NCBI GenBank assembly: GCA_002269645.1
Contig: NIVC01002879.1
Location: 1 to 64,000, forward strand
DNA: 64,000 bases
Direction of reading: 5' to 3'
Source: Macrostomum lignano
Lineage: Eukaryota
Shown here: positions 17,825-29,039 of the stretch, one piece after another
Layout: every line of letters begins with the position of its first letter
Position numbering within the stretch: the stretch's first letter is position 1
Program-made: the position numbers and the translations under genes
The notes under the pieces: model-generated
The model's input: only the letters and a program-made list of their open reading frames with translations
What the model was told of the DNA's origin: nothing
Database searches by the model: none

Positions 17825-18280
17825 ATTTGATTGGGCTGCAGGTGAATCTCTATAGATTAGAATTTATCAAAGCTAATTGGTCTGCAGGTGAATCTCTATG
17901 GATTAGAGTTTATCAAAGCTAATTGGTCTGCAGGTGAATCTCTATGGATTAGAGTTTATCAAAGCTAATTGATTGGTAAGCTGGTGAATCTCTATAGATA
18001 AGAGTTTATCAAAGCTAATTGATTGGTAAGCTGGTGAATCTCTATAGATAAGAGTTTATCAAAGCTAATTGATTGGTAAGCTGGTGAATCTCTATAGATA
18101 AGAGTTTATCAAAGCTAATTGATTGGTAAGCTGGTGAATCTCTATAGATAAGAGTTTATCAAAGCTAATTGGCCTGCAAGTGAATCTCTACACATTAGAA
18201 TTTATCAAAGCTAATTGGTCTGCAGGTGAATCTCTATGGATTAGAATTTATCAAAGCTAATTAATTGGTCTGTAGGTGAA
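17825..18280. repeat. Approximately 46-50-bp minisatellite
   Basis: GGTGAATCTCTATAGATAAGAGTTTATCAAAGCTAATTGATTGGTAAGCT repeats. Confidence 0.92.
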
Positions 18281-19834
18281 CTTTAGACTCTATATGACAC
18301 TATGCTAACTACATCTATTGGATTCAGTAGCATTTAAGCCTTAAATCGGTGACGAGAACCCAAAAAACTTTTTTTAATTAATAGATTTTAGCCATTGTAA
18401 AAGCAATAAAATCGAAGATTTCAATATCATAATGCCTACTATTAGCAAACAGTGGAAAGCAAATAAAATCTTTATTTTATAGCATCTTTGATTTGATCTT
18501 TAAGGAAACGTCCTATTGACAAAAAGCACCAAAAATATTCGAGCAGGCCTTGAACAGCTTGAGTAGCTGCACGTTGGAGGGGCGCCAGGACTCCTAATTC
18601 GATTCAGTGAGCGACCACATTCATTTGGGGCTAGTGTTCACGTGAAAAGTCGTGCGATTCACCCAGTGTGAGCGTGTGTGAGTGCTGTGCCTGCGTACAG
18701 TACTGGCGCCCTTGTGAATGTGCTCAGGAGTGAGCGGAATGGCCTCAGAGCTGGTTTCCGAATTTGCAAATATTGCAGTCGGTACTCCAATATCGTTAGG
18801 CTCTTTATGCTTATTATGAGTTTGATAAGCAGCTCATATACCACACGTAGATGGAAACTTAAGCCAGTCGAATAGTTGGGCTGATTATCGCAGATTTCAA
18901 TAATTTAAAAACAAGGAGTAGCCACAGTCGCGAGGGAGTCAAAACATGCCTGGACTGCAGCTACTGAGGAAGAAGTGCTGGTAGATTCCTGCGAAATGGG
19001 GAGTTGGTATCAGAGGAGGAACTGTAGATGAGGAACTCACTAGCTCTAGCACAGATTAGCGCCAATCTAAATAAAACAGTGGATGATCCGAATTAATGTG
19101 CTGCTTTTCTACAGAATTTTTTTCTACTAAAATACATGCCTAAATATTAGATATCCTAATTTTATATTATAGCATGCCTAAAACCTTGCATCGTAACGAT
19201 AAAGACGTATACCACTGGTAAATCCATTCTATAGAATGGATTGCTAATCTATTATTTCTAGAATATGTGAATGAAGCCACGTTGCACTAAAATAGGTTTA
19301 AAGACCTAGCAGAAGACCCATTCTGTTCCTTCATCCAGCAGATATGGCTATAGATTAGCAATCCATTCTGTTCCTTCATCCAGCAGTTTCTGCCAGCATG
19401 GTTCTACAAAGCAGACCTACGTTTATGACAGTGGAATGACCAAGCAATGTGCAGTTTTGCCCAAATCAATTTTTTGTCGATTTCCTGTCCACAGAAAGTG
19501 ATCTGAAAGTCAGACTTAAAAGGGATATAAAAAACAGAATTATTTTACCCCGCCGGGTCTATTCGCTTCTTCCACGATGCTCTCGTGGAGCCACGAGTTA
19601 CGGAAACAGTTTGACTCGGCGAGTCTCGCCAGCCTTTGACTTAAGCCTTCAAGGATAGCAAGGATGGCAAGCAAAGCCCCACCCGCTACCATAGACTATG
19701 TCTTGTGTCTAAAAAGAAACTAATTTCCAGGCAGTTAGTAGAGTTTGCCATAGACTACAGCATGTTTGGCCATCAACTATAATAGTTTCGTACCGCTCAA
19801 TTAGCTAGCGTTAATGTATCTAATGGCTACACCT

Positions 19835-21500
19835 TTTTCCATTCTATTTTGGCAAACGTGCAATCAAAGTCAAAATCTTTTCATTCAATTCAGACAGTTT
19901 ATGGTAGTTCTTGGCCGGACGTGCATTCAATTCCGACAAATGTGCTTTCAAAAGCGACAATTTTCAAACAAAGCAAACAAGCTACCACGAGAAACCGACA
20001 CTTTGCAATCAATTCAAACAATTTGCAATCAATTCCGACAAATTTAAATCTATTTAGACCAGTTACTTTTTACTTTGGGTGGGGCCAGGGCTAAATGCCA
20101 TAGACACATCATGGAGAGAAACTTGGAGATTCGGAACACCCATAGATTTAGCCTTGCACATATACTTCTGTACTTTTGCAACGAACAGAAATGAAAGTTT
20201 TTTCCAAATATTGAGGTTAGATGGGGCCATGACTCAATGCCATAGATACATCATGAAGAGAAAAATTTGAAATTTAAGTATGGGTACCATTTCATTTGAC
20301 AGAACGAAGCATATACATGTAGGAGCTACTGTAGCTTTTTGAATCGAATTGTATTGTACAGAAGAAGACCTCAAGAATACGCTCGTAATGCCGAATGCAA
20401 AAGTGAGTGACAACGATCGGCAGAGGCCACAAACATCGACGCCTTTCTGAACCCCAACCAGCAAGCTCTTGCTGGACGAACCAAAGCAGCATATCGGCGT
20501 GATATGCTTGAGGGAGTAACGAATAGTGCTGTAAACGTCGTCACCGGAGCCAACTGCACGGCTTGGTACAACCATTATCTGACTTACCAATATGTACCGC
20601 GCTGCATTGCGGAAGTGCCGATTGATGGCTAAAATCTGACTGCTGAATCTTTGTGAACCTCATGAACTCTGCTGACTGTTTCAGTTTTAGTTGTCCTGTT
20701 GCATTTTGAAGTATACTGTAAATGTACAGTACATGTAGTATGTACTCCAATGGCTTGTCTAAATAGATAGAAATTTGTCGGAATTGATTGGAAATTTCGC
20801 AGTATGAACCATAGATAGGAGGACCGAAAAAGCCAACTGTCGGAATTGATTGCAAAGTGTTTGAATTGATTTCAAATTGTTTGAATGAATAAGGGGGGCC
20901 GTAGCCCAGCGGTAGCGCATATTTAGCGCAGCTGCGCTAAATAGCGCAGCTGCTCTGGTGTGCCGCGACCCAGGCTCGATTCCAAGTGCAGCCACATTAA
21001 TTTGGGGCTGGATTGGAATCTTGGCTTGGCTCGCTTGTGCAATTAACGGCCTTGAGAGCCAACCCCCCCAAGGCGCAGTGAAGTGTACATGCCTAACAAT
21101 TGATAAAGTTAGGGCCGCTGTACACTCCTGTGTGAGTGTGTGCCTGCGTAACGTATCCGCGCGCTTGTATGCCTGCTCAGGGGAGTCGGCGGAATGGGCA
21201 GTAATGCCTCTCGCCGGTTGTGTGCCAATGACGCTTAAATTGCGCCAGGGTGCACACACCCCCCCTGCCTCTAAAATAAAAAAAAATAAAAAAGTGTTTG
21301 AATTGATTTCAAATTGTTTGAATTGATTGCAAAGTGTCGGTTTCTCGCGGTAGCTTGTTTGCTTTGTTTGAAAATTGTCGCTTTTGAAAGCACATTCGTC
21401 GAAATTGAATGCACGTCCGGCCAAGAACTACCATAAACTGTCTGAATTGAATGAAAAGGTTTTGACTTTGATTGCACGATTGCCAAAATAGAATGGAAAA
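19835..21500. mobile_element. Foldback element with approximately 200-bp TIRs, interrupted by a SINE
   Basis: 19835-20035 is the reverse complement of about 21300-21500 (TTTTCCATTCTATTTTGGCAA...TTGCCAAAATAGAATGGAAAA). Confidence 0.85.
20887..21290 (+). mobile_element. tRNA-derived SINE, family B, with A-rich tail and 33-bp flanking duplication
   Basis: A-box TAGCCCAGCGG, B-box GGCTCGATTCC, core GTACATGCCT...TGTACAC, A-rich tail. Flanked by identical 33-mers at 20854-20886 and 21291-21323. Confidence 0.8.
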
Positions 21501-21984
21501 TGTGTATTAACAAAGAGTGTCCAGTACAAAGTTCTAGTGCAAAAAATATGCTTTGGCGGCTTCGTGGCGCTAATTAAAGTTTCTGCCGTATTAAATGACT
21601 GTATATTATTATTTATAAAAGTCAATAGAGATTTCATACAAGTTGTGTTTTTAAACAATACAACTGACGCCAAATGCTGGATAATTGGGGAAAATAACGC
21701 CGTGCGTGATATACTACTACTAAATACCAAGTAGCATAGAATGAAAATTAGTTGAAACAAAGGACACGAAAAAGGTCAAGTTCGTTGGTATAAAACAATA
21801 ATTGAGCAGGGGTTTAAAAATGCATAGAAAAATATTGATGCTAACTATTAATGCTTCTGCAAGGCGAAAGAATATTAAGAAAATAAATATTAATTTATTG
21901 CACAGTAGATTATAAAATAGAAATTAGGAAATATATAAAACACATTGGAGGCGTATCTGGACCAGACACAGGCTAAACAGAGTT

Positions 21985-22310
21985 TTAGTAGCGTTTCTAG
22001 GAAACTCTTTGTAGCGATTCTAGGGGAGTCTTTGTATCTATTATAGGGAAGTCTTTGTACCTATTCTAGGGTAACTTGGTACCTATTCTAGGGTAGTCTT
22101 TGTACCTATTCTAGGGAAGTCTTCTTACCTATTCTAGGGGAGTCTGTATCGATTCTAAGGGAGTCTTTGTACCTATTCTAAGGGAGTGTTTGTAGCAATT
22201 CTAGAGGAGTCTTTGTAGCGATTCTAAGGGAGTCTTCGTACCTATCCTAGGGAGTCTTTGTAGCGATTCTAAGGGAGTCTTTTGTACCCATTTCATGGTA
22301 GTCTCTGTAG
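21985..22310. repeat. Degenerate approximately 22-bp minisatellite
   Basis: CTATTCTAGGGAGTCTTTGTAC units. Confidence 0.85.
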
Positions 22311-22443
22311 GAGTTCTAGAGGCGCATCAGTACCATACTTAGGCAGTCTTCACCACATATAACTAAATTTATTATGAATCAAGTCAACTCATAAAGCAAC
22401 GCAACACGCATAGAACCATAACGCATCATACAATAATAAGAGT

Positions 22444-25400
22444 TCACATAACAACATCCTCATCGATGCCAACCTGCTGAGCGCCGGCGCAACCACCGAC
22501 GGCAGCGGCAGCGGCGGCGGCTCCGACATCGGAAGGCTCCGAGCAGTCCATAAAACTCACGTTGCCGCCGCTATCGGCTGCAGCGGCTGAAGCAGCGTTA
22601 TTAGTCGATGAATTCTTGGCATCAACTGCGGCTTTGAGCAGGCCGCACAGCTCGTCATCTTGGCTAATAATGTGCTTCAGAAGCGAGTGGAGCCGCTGAT
22701 AGAACTGGCTAAATTGAAGGCCGCTGCCGGCTGTACGACGAAATTCCACCAGAATGTTGGAGTTGCGAACCAGATAGAGACAGATTTTAAATGACACCGG
22801 ATAGGTGCCTGGCAGCGTGGTTGTCACCTGAGATATGGGTGGGTTGCTTATGATTTATCATAGGGTTGCTCATAATCAATCACATAGGGTTGCTCATAAT
22901 CAATCATATAGGGTTGCTCATAATCAATCATAGGGTTGCTCATAATCAATCATAGGGTTGCTCATAATCAATCATATAGGGTTGCTCATAATCAATCATA
23001 GGGTTGCTCATAATCAATCATTTAGGGTTGCTCATAATCAATCACATAGGGTTGCTCATAATCAATCATATAGGGTTGCTCATAATCAATCATTTAGGGT
23101 TGCTCATAATCAATCATTTAGGGTTGCTCATAATCAATCATATAGGGTTGCTCATAATCAATCATTTAGGGTTGCTCATAATCAATCATATAGGGTTGCT
23201 CATAATCAATCATATAGGGTTGCTCATAATCAATCATTTAGGGTTGCTCATAATCAATCATATAGGGTTGCTCATAATCAATCATATAGGGTTGCTCATA
23301 ATCAATCATATAGGGTTGCTCATAATCAATCATATAGGGTTGCTCATAATCAATCATATAGGGTTGCTCATAATCAATGATAGGTTGCTCATAATCAATC
23401 ATAGGGTTGCTGATAATCAATCATATAGGGTTGCTCATAATCAATCATATAGGGTTGCTCATAATCAGTCATATAGGGTTGCTCATAATCAATCATATAG
23501 GGTTGCTCATAATCAGTCATATAGGGTTGCTCATAATCAGTCATATAGGGTTGCTCATAATCAATCATATAGGGTTGCTCACAATCAGTCATATAGGGTT
23601 GCTCATAATCAGTCATATAGGGTTGCTCATAATCAGTCATATAGGGTTGCTCATAATCAATCATATAGGGTTGCTCATAATCAGTCATATAGGGTTGCTC
23701 ATAATCAGTCATATAGGGTTGCTCATAATCAATCATATAGGGTTGCTCATAATCAATCATATAGGGTTGCTCATAATCAATCATATAGGGTTGCTCATAA
23801 TCAGTCATATAGGGTTGCTCATAATCAATCATATAGGGTTGCTCATAATCAATCATATAGGGTTGCTCATAATCAGTCATAAGGATGCTCATAATCAATC
23901 AAAGAAGACCCACTCACGTGAATAGCTCCCCGATCCTGCTGGGTAACCCGGAGCTCGGACACCATGCCCAATGCCTTTAACAGTTCCTCCTGTGTAGCGG
24001 CCGCATCAGTGCTAGTAAAGAATCGAGTCAATCTTAGCGCCATTCTGTGCAACCCGATTGGCTGCATCTCGGCTGAGTCCAATTGCGAGGCGGTAATCGG
24101 AGCGGCTGCAGCAGCGGCCGCGGCGGCCTGAGTGGCGGTGCCGAGGGGGATGGCTGCTAACCGGGCTGGTTGGGTGAAGCCGCCAGTCATCTGGGGCGGA
24201 TTCTTGGCCGCGGCAGCGGCGGCTGCTACGGCCGCTTCGTCTTCGGCCGATTCAATCGGGGCGACAAATACGCCAGGGCTGAGCAGGGCCGGCGGGCCCG
24301 AGTTCGAATCGCCATCCAGGTTTAAGGATACGGGAGCGGCCTGGAGGGTGGGGAGGGTAAAAGGTGGCGGTGAAATTAAATTACAGCACTGTTTTGCTTG
24401 TGCATAAACGATTGACAATTCCGTACAGTACTTACCCTAAAAGTACTATGCACAATGTATTGTATTATTCTACAAAGTGCATACCTTATTTAATTACCCT
24501 CTGAATTTTGAAGTACCTAAGATCCACAAAATACTAGAATGTCAGATTTTTTTATCAGTAGTTTGTCTGCGCAGTGTCATTTAAATTTAATGTAGCAGAT
24601 AAAATTTCTTTTCCTTCCTCGGGTTGGCATATGGGGCTAAGAATAAACAAGCAATAAAATTGATGTACGCAAATGAACGCAAAATGGACGAAACTCAAGT
24701 CAGTCTAGGGGGCAGGCCTAATCTGGCTAAGCCAATGAGAGAGCAGGAAGGAGAGAGGTCAAAGTCAGACGGACGAAACATAGCCTAGGGCAGGCCCAAT
24801 CTAGCTCAGCCAATGAGAGAGCAGGAAGGAGAGAAGTCGAAGTCACACACGAGCGGGCAACAGGAAAGCTAAACTGTTTATCGGCCTGGCTGGGGACACC
24901 CATTTTCCCTCTCGCTCGCTATGCACACGCACTGGATATGGGTTTTCAAGTTTTCTTGCAATCTAGTCTTATGTACTGTAAGTCCGATAAAAGTACATTG
25001 CCCCATATCAAACCCTGTAGGCAGCTCACCTGTGAGCTACTAATTTGCGGCGTCACACCTCTGGCCCTAGTTGGCTCGGGCAGGTCGCGGGATCGAATCC
25101 ACGGATGCTGCAAGACGCTGTCGCCATACAGCCGTTTACTAGGCCTGAGGCACAGCAGCTTACGCAGGAAGGTCAATTGCTCGGCGGTCAGTCGATCGAA
25201 CGGCATTTGATTGTTGTTGCCCTGAACCCAGGCGACAAAATGCGGCTCCGAGGAATGCGCCCGATCCCAGGGCATTTCGCCAGTGAGCATAGCGATTAGG
25301 ACTACCCCGGCTGACCAATAGTCCACTGGCTCAGCTCTGTAGGGCCTGTCGGTCACGTGCATCTCCGGGCACATGTACGGCTCGGTGCCGGCCACGCCGA

Positions 25401-26698
25401 CCAGGGTTCTGACTGCGCCCTGCTATAGTGGGCAAGAGATGGGGAATGGTGCGGAGTAGGGGAGTGGCTATTCTCTGATGTTTTGGGCGATTCTCTCTAT
25501 TGGATTGTGGGGGATTCTCTTCTATGAGATTTTGAGAGATTCTCTCTGATATTGTGGGCGATTCTCTTTATGGGATTGTGAACGATTCTCTCCATGGGGT
25601 TGTGGGCGATTTTCTCAGAGATTGTGGGCGATTATCTCTATGAGATTATGAGAGATTCTCTCTATGAGATTGTGGGCGATTCTCTCTATGAGATTTTAGG
25701 CGATTCTCTGATATTGTGGGCGATTCTCTTTATGGGATTGTGGACGATTTTCTCTATGGGATTGTGGGCGATTCTCTCTATGGGATTGTGGGATTGTGGG
25801 GTTGTGGGCGATTTTCTCTGAGATTGTGGGCGATTCTCTCTATGAGATTGTGGGCGATTATCTCTATGGAATTGTGGGCGATTCTCTATGAGATTGTGGG
25901 TGATTCTCTATGAGATTGTGGACGATTCTCTGTATGGGATTGTGGGCGATTCTCTTTATGGGATTGTGGGCGATTCTCTTTATGGGATTGTGGGCGATTC
26001 TCTGTATGGGATTGTGGGCGATTCTCTTTATGGGATTGTGGGCGATTCTCTTTATGGGATTGTGGGCGATTCTCTTTATGGGATTGTGGGCGATTGCTAA
26101 GGGTGACAGGCAATTCTTAAGAATGCTCACTCCAGACACTCACCTGACTCCTATAGATTGTAGCCCAACCGAAATCAGTGACCTTCAAAGTCCGCAAATC
26201 GCCAGTCAGCAAACAATTCTCGCATTTAATATCCCGATGCGCAATGCCCAGAGTCTGCAGGTGAGCGATTGCCCGGCAAATTTGCACAAAGTACATCTTG
26301 GCCAGACTGGCCGGAATGCCAACATCCGGTACGATGTGATTGAACAGCTCTCCGCCCGTGAGCAACTCGAAGAACATGAAATACGTGTCGCCAGCCTGTC
26401 TGACGCCCAGAAATTTGCACACATTCTCGTGCGGACTGGACTCCACCAATTTGAGCATCATGTACTCTTTACGCACCTGGCGTAGTCGATCTTGTCGTTG
26501 AGTTTCGAAACCCGGACCAGACATGGAGTCTTTTGAGTCGAATATTTTGCAAGCCATTCGCTGCTCAGTTTGAGGATTATAAACCAGTTTCACTATGGAG
26601 TTGCCACCCTCGCCAAGAGTGTTGCCCCAGAAAAAGTTCTCGGCAAAGTGGCCGGTATAGGGCGATGAAGATTGGCTTGATGATGCTGATAATGACAT
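22444..26698 (-). CDS. CHEK1: Checkpoint kinase 1-like Ser/Thr kinase (about 584 aa)
   Basis: Exons 26698-26144, 25422-25030, 24340-23918 and 22827-22444, all phase 0. Motifs GEGGNS, MACK, FELLTGGELFNHIVPDVG, HRDIKCEN, DFG, AEPVDYWSAGVVLIAMLTGEMPWD, an FTQP site and a C-terminal KA1-like LVEFRRTAGSGLQF. Confidence 0.85.
22850..23900. repeat. 24-bp minisatellite filling CHEK1 intron 3
   Basis: ATAGGGTTGCTCATAATCAATCAT, about 43 copies. Confidence 0.97.
25465..26095. repeat. 24-bp minisatellite filling CHEK1 intron 1
   Basis: GATTGTGGGCGATTCTCTTTATGG units. Confidence 0.95.
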
Positions 26699-26804
26699 TG
26701 CTGATGCTGTGTTGGGCTTACAGAAATAGACAAATGTTTAATGGCGTGTATGTACCGATCACGCTAAAACAACATTTGCTATCTAGACCCACATCAAACT
26801 TTAA

Positions 26805-27150
26805 TCCCACTCCTCTATTTCTAACCCCACCCATCCATTCCTAACCCCACCCCTCCATTTCTAACCCCATCCCTGCATTTCTAACCCCACCCATCCATTC
26901 CTAACCCCACCCCTGCATTTCTAACCCCACCCATCCATTCCTAACCCCACCCCTGCATTTCTAACCCCACCCCTGCATTTCTAACCCCACCCCTGCATTT
27001 CTAACCCCACCCATCCATTCCTAACCCCACCCCTGCATTTCTAACCCCACCCATCCATTCCTAACCCCACCCCTGCATTTCTAACCCCACCCCTGCATTT
27101 CTAACCCCACCCCTGCATTTCTAACCCCACCTCTCTATTTCTAACTCTAC
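26805..27150. repeat. 20-bp minisatellite
   Basis: CTAACCCCACCCCTGCATTT units. Confidence 0.95.
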
Positions 27151-27829
27151 TCTTTTATTCCTAAATTAAATACAAACTAAATTAAAGCAATCAAAGATCA
27201 ATAGTATCAAAAGATAAACAAAGTCATGCCAACAGTGTTTTCTATTTTATTATTTAACTAACAAATTCTGTTGCCTAGCAGAGTGACATATGGGTATTTG
27301 GTAGTACAATAATCATATAACTATCGGAAAATTGCCACTTCTAATAATTAAAAAACAGTTATAAATTATCTGTAGATTCTTAAGGTGGGCAAAAAACAAC
27401 TAACAGTGCACATGTATTCTACTTAACTTACGAAATAAGAATGATGAAACTAAAAGTGAAACGAAATTAACTCTAACAGTTAGAGAAACAAAACAATTCT
27501 TAGGTACTCGCAGTAAGCCACGCATAACTTTAATGAAATTTATTATGTTTGCAGGCAAAAGTTTAGCAAAACTAAATAAAGATTTAAGCTGAGAAAAGCG
27601 CACACCGGAAAACACTTTGAACTCTCTTTTTTGTAATACATTAGCTTTTATTTGAAAGAAAAAAAAACACATACACTTCTTTTGGTTTCGGATTCCGTCA
27701 TTATCAAGTGAAAGCTACTGGTTTATACGATGTATCGTTTTTTAATTCGAGTGCTCACATTGAGTAACTTTAATTAGTTTGACTATACTGTTTTACATTG
27801 CCATAATTGATTTAATGTGAAGTGTGAGG

Positions 27830-28240
27830 GTGCTGGGGTGAGTACACTGGGGGAGGATGGGGTGGGTGCTGCGGTGTGTACAGTGAAGGAGGATGGGGTG
27901 GGTGCTGCGGTGTGTACAGTGAGGGAGGATGGGGTGGGTGCTGCGGTGTGTACAGTGAAGGAGGATGGGGTGGGTGCTGCGGTGTGTACAGTGAGGGAGG
28001 ATGGGGTGGGTGCTGCGGTGAGTACAGTGAGAGAGGATGGGGTGGGTGCTGCGGTGAGTACAGTGAGGGAGGATGGGGTGGGTGCTGCGGTGAGTACAGT
28101 GAGGGAGGATGGGGTGGGTGCTGCGGTGAGTACACCGATGGAGGATAGGGTGGGTTCTGGGCTGAGTACACTGAAGGTGAATGGGGTGGGTTCTGGGGAG
28201 AGTACACCGAGGGAGAATGGGGTAGGGCTGGGTTGAGTAC
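27830..28240. repeat. 36-bp minisatellite
   Basis: GAGGATGGGGTGGGTGCTGCGGTGTGTACAGTGAGG units. Confidence 0.95.
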
Positions 28241-29039
28241 ACCGAGGCACATTCATAAATTTAGTGTGTAGAAGTGAAAGTCTTATTTTTTTAGCTAAAC
28301 TAACAAATTCTTTTAACCTCATATTGGTAAGTAGAAGAATGAATTTTCTGAGTAGTAAAAAACGTAGGAATATAGTAAGAAAATACGTTAAAAGTTAATT
28401 AAAATCCAACAGCAGTGCCGCATTAAAGATTAAGGAAAAGCTACATACTATAAAAAGAAGCCAGAAGGCTACTTTCAACAGGCCGGAATACAATATATAA
28501 AGGAGCATAGTTTTCTACATACTACTTACAGTACTATAATTAAAAACAGTTTAGTCAAGCAATGGCACTATATAACGCATTTTTATATAAACTTCCACGT
28601 TACTAATAGTACTGTATTAACATTTCAAAAAGTTGAGATGGCTTCTATTATTATAACTTACCAACTATATTAAGCTACTGTGAGTAGTGAAAATCTGCCC
28701 AGTTTTTATCCAAAGAAGGAATTTGTTTCTTCGATAACCATTGAAGGCTGATTTATTTTATACGAAAAATGCATTACTGAGATAGAAAAGTTTCATTTCA
28801 TCAGCACAAAAACGCAATATAGTTTGTCATACATTCTACTTTCAAGTATTAATTTTAGAATTCGCATATCCTTTTTTTTAAATATTTTTTTAATCATACT
28901 TAACTAGTCATTGATCTTATCAAGCGCTGCGAGACAGATTTACAAAAGACACAGTAGCTATTACTATCAGTAGCACTTTTGTCAGTTTTTAACAATTTTT
29001 GTAAAAAAGAAGTATTTTTTAATTGCAAAAAATACTCGA

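Noticed and set aside
22958-23925. Long repetitive ORFs (also 4770-5199, 15447-16181, 27783-28322, 30366-31014, 35529-36555, 52341-52781, 57853-58102, 59419-59898, 60582-61055)
   Set aside because: They are translations of micro- or minisatellites, open in several frames, and mostly inside introns of the genes modelled here.
26805-27150. Telomeric repeat
   Set aside because: CTAACCC occurs only as part of a 20-bp unit, not as (TTAGGG)n.
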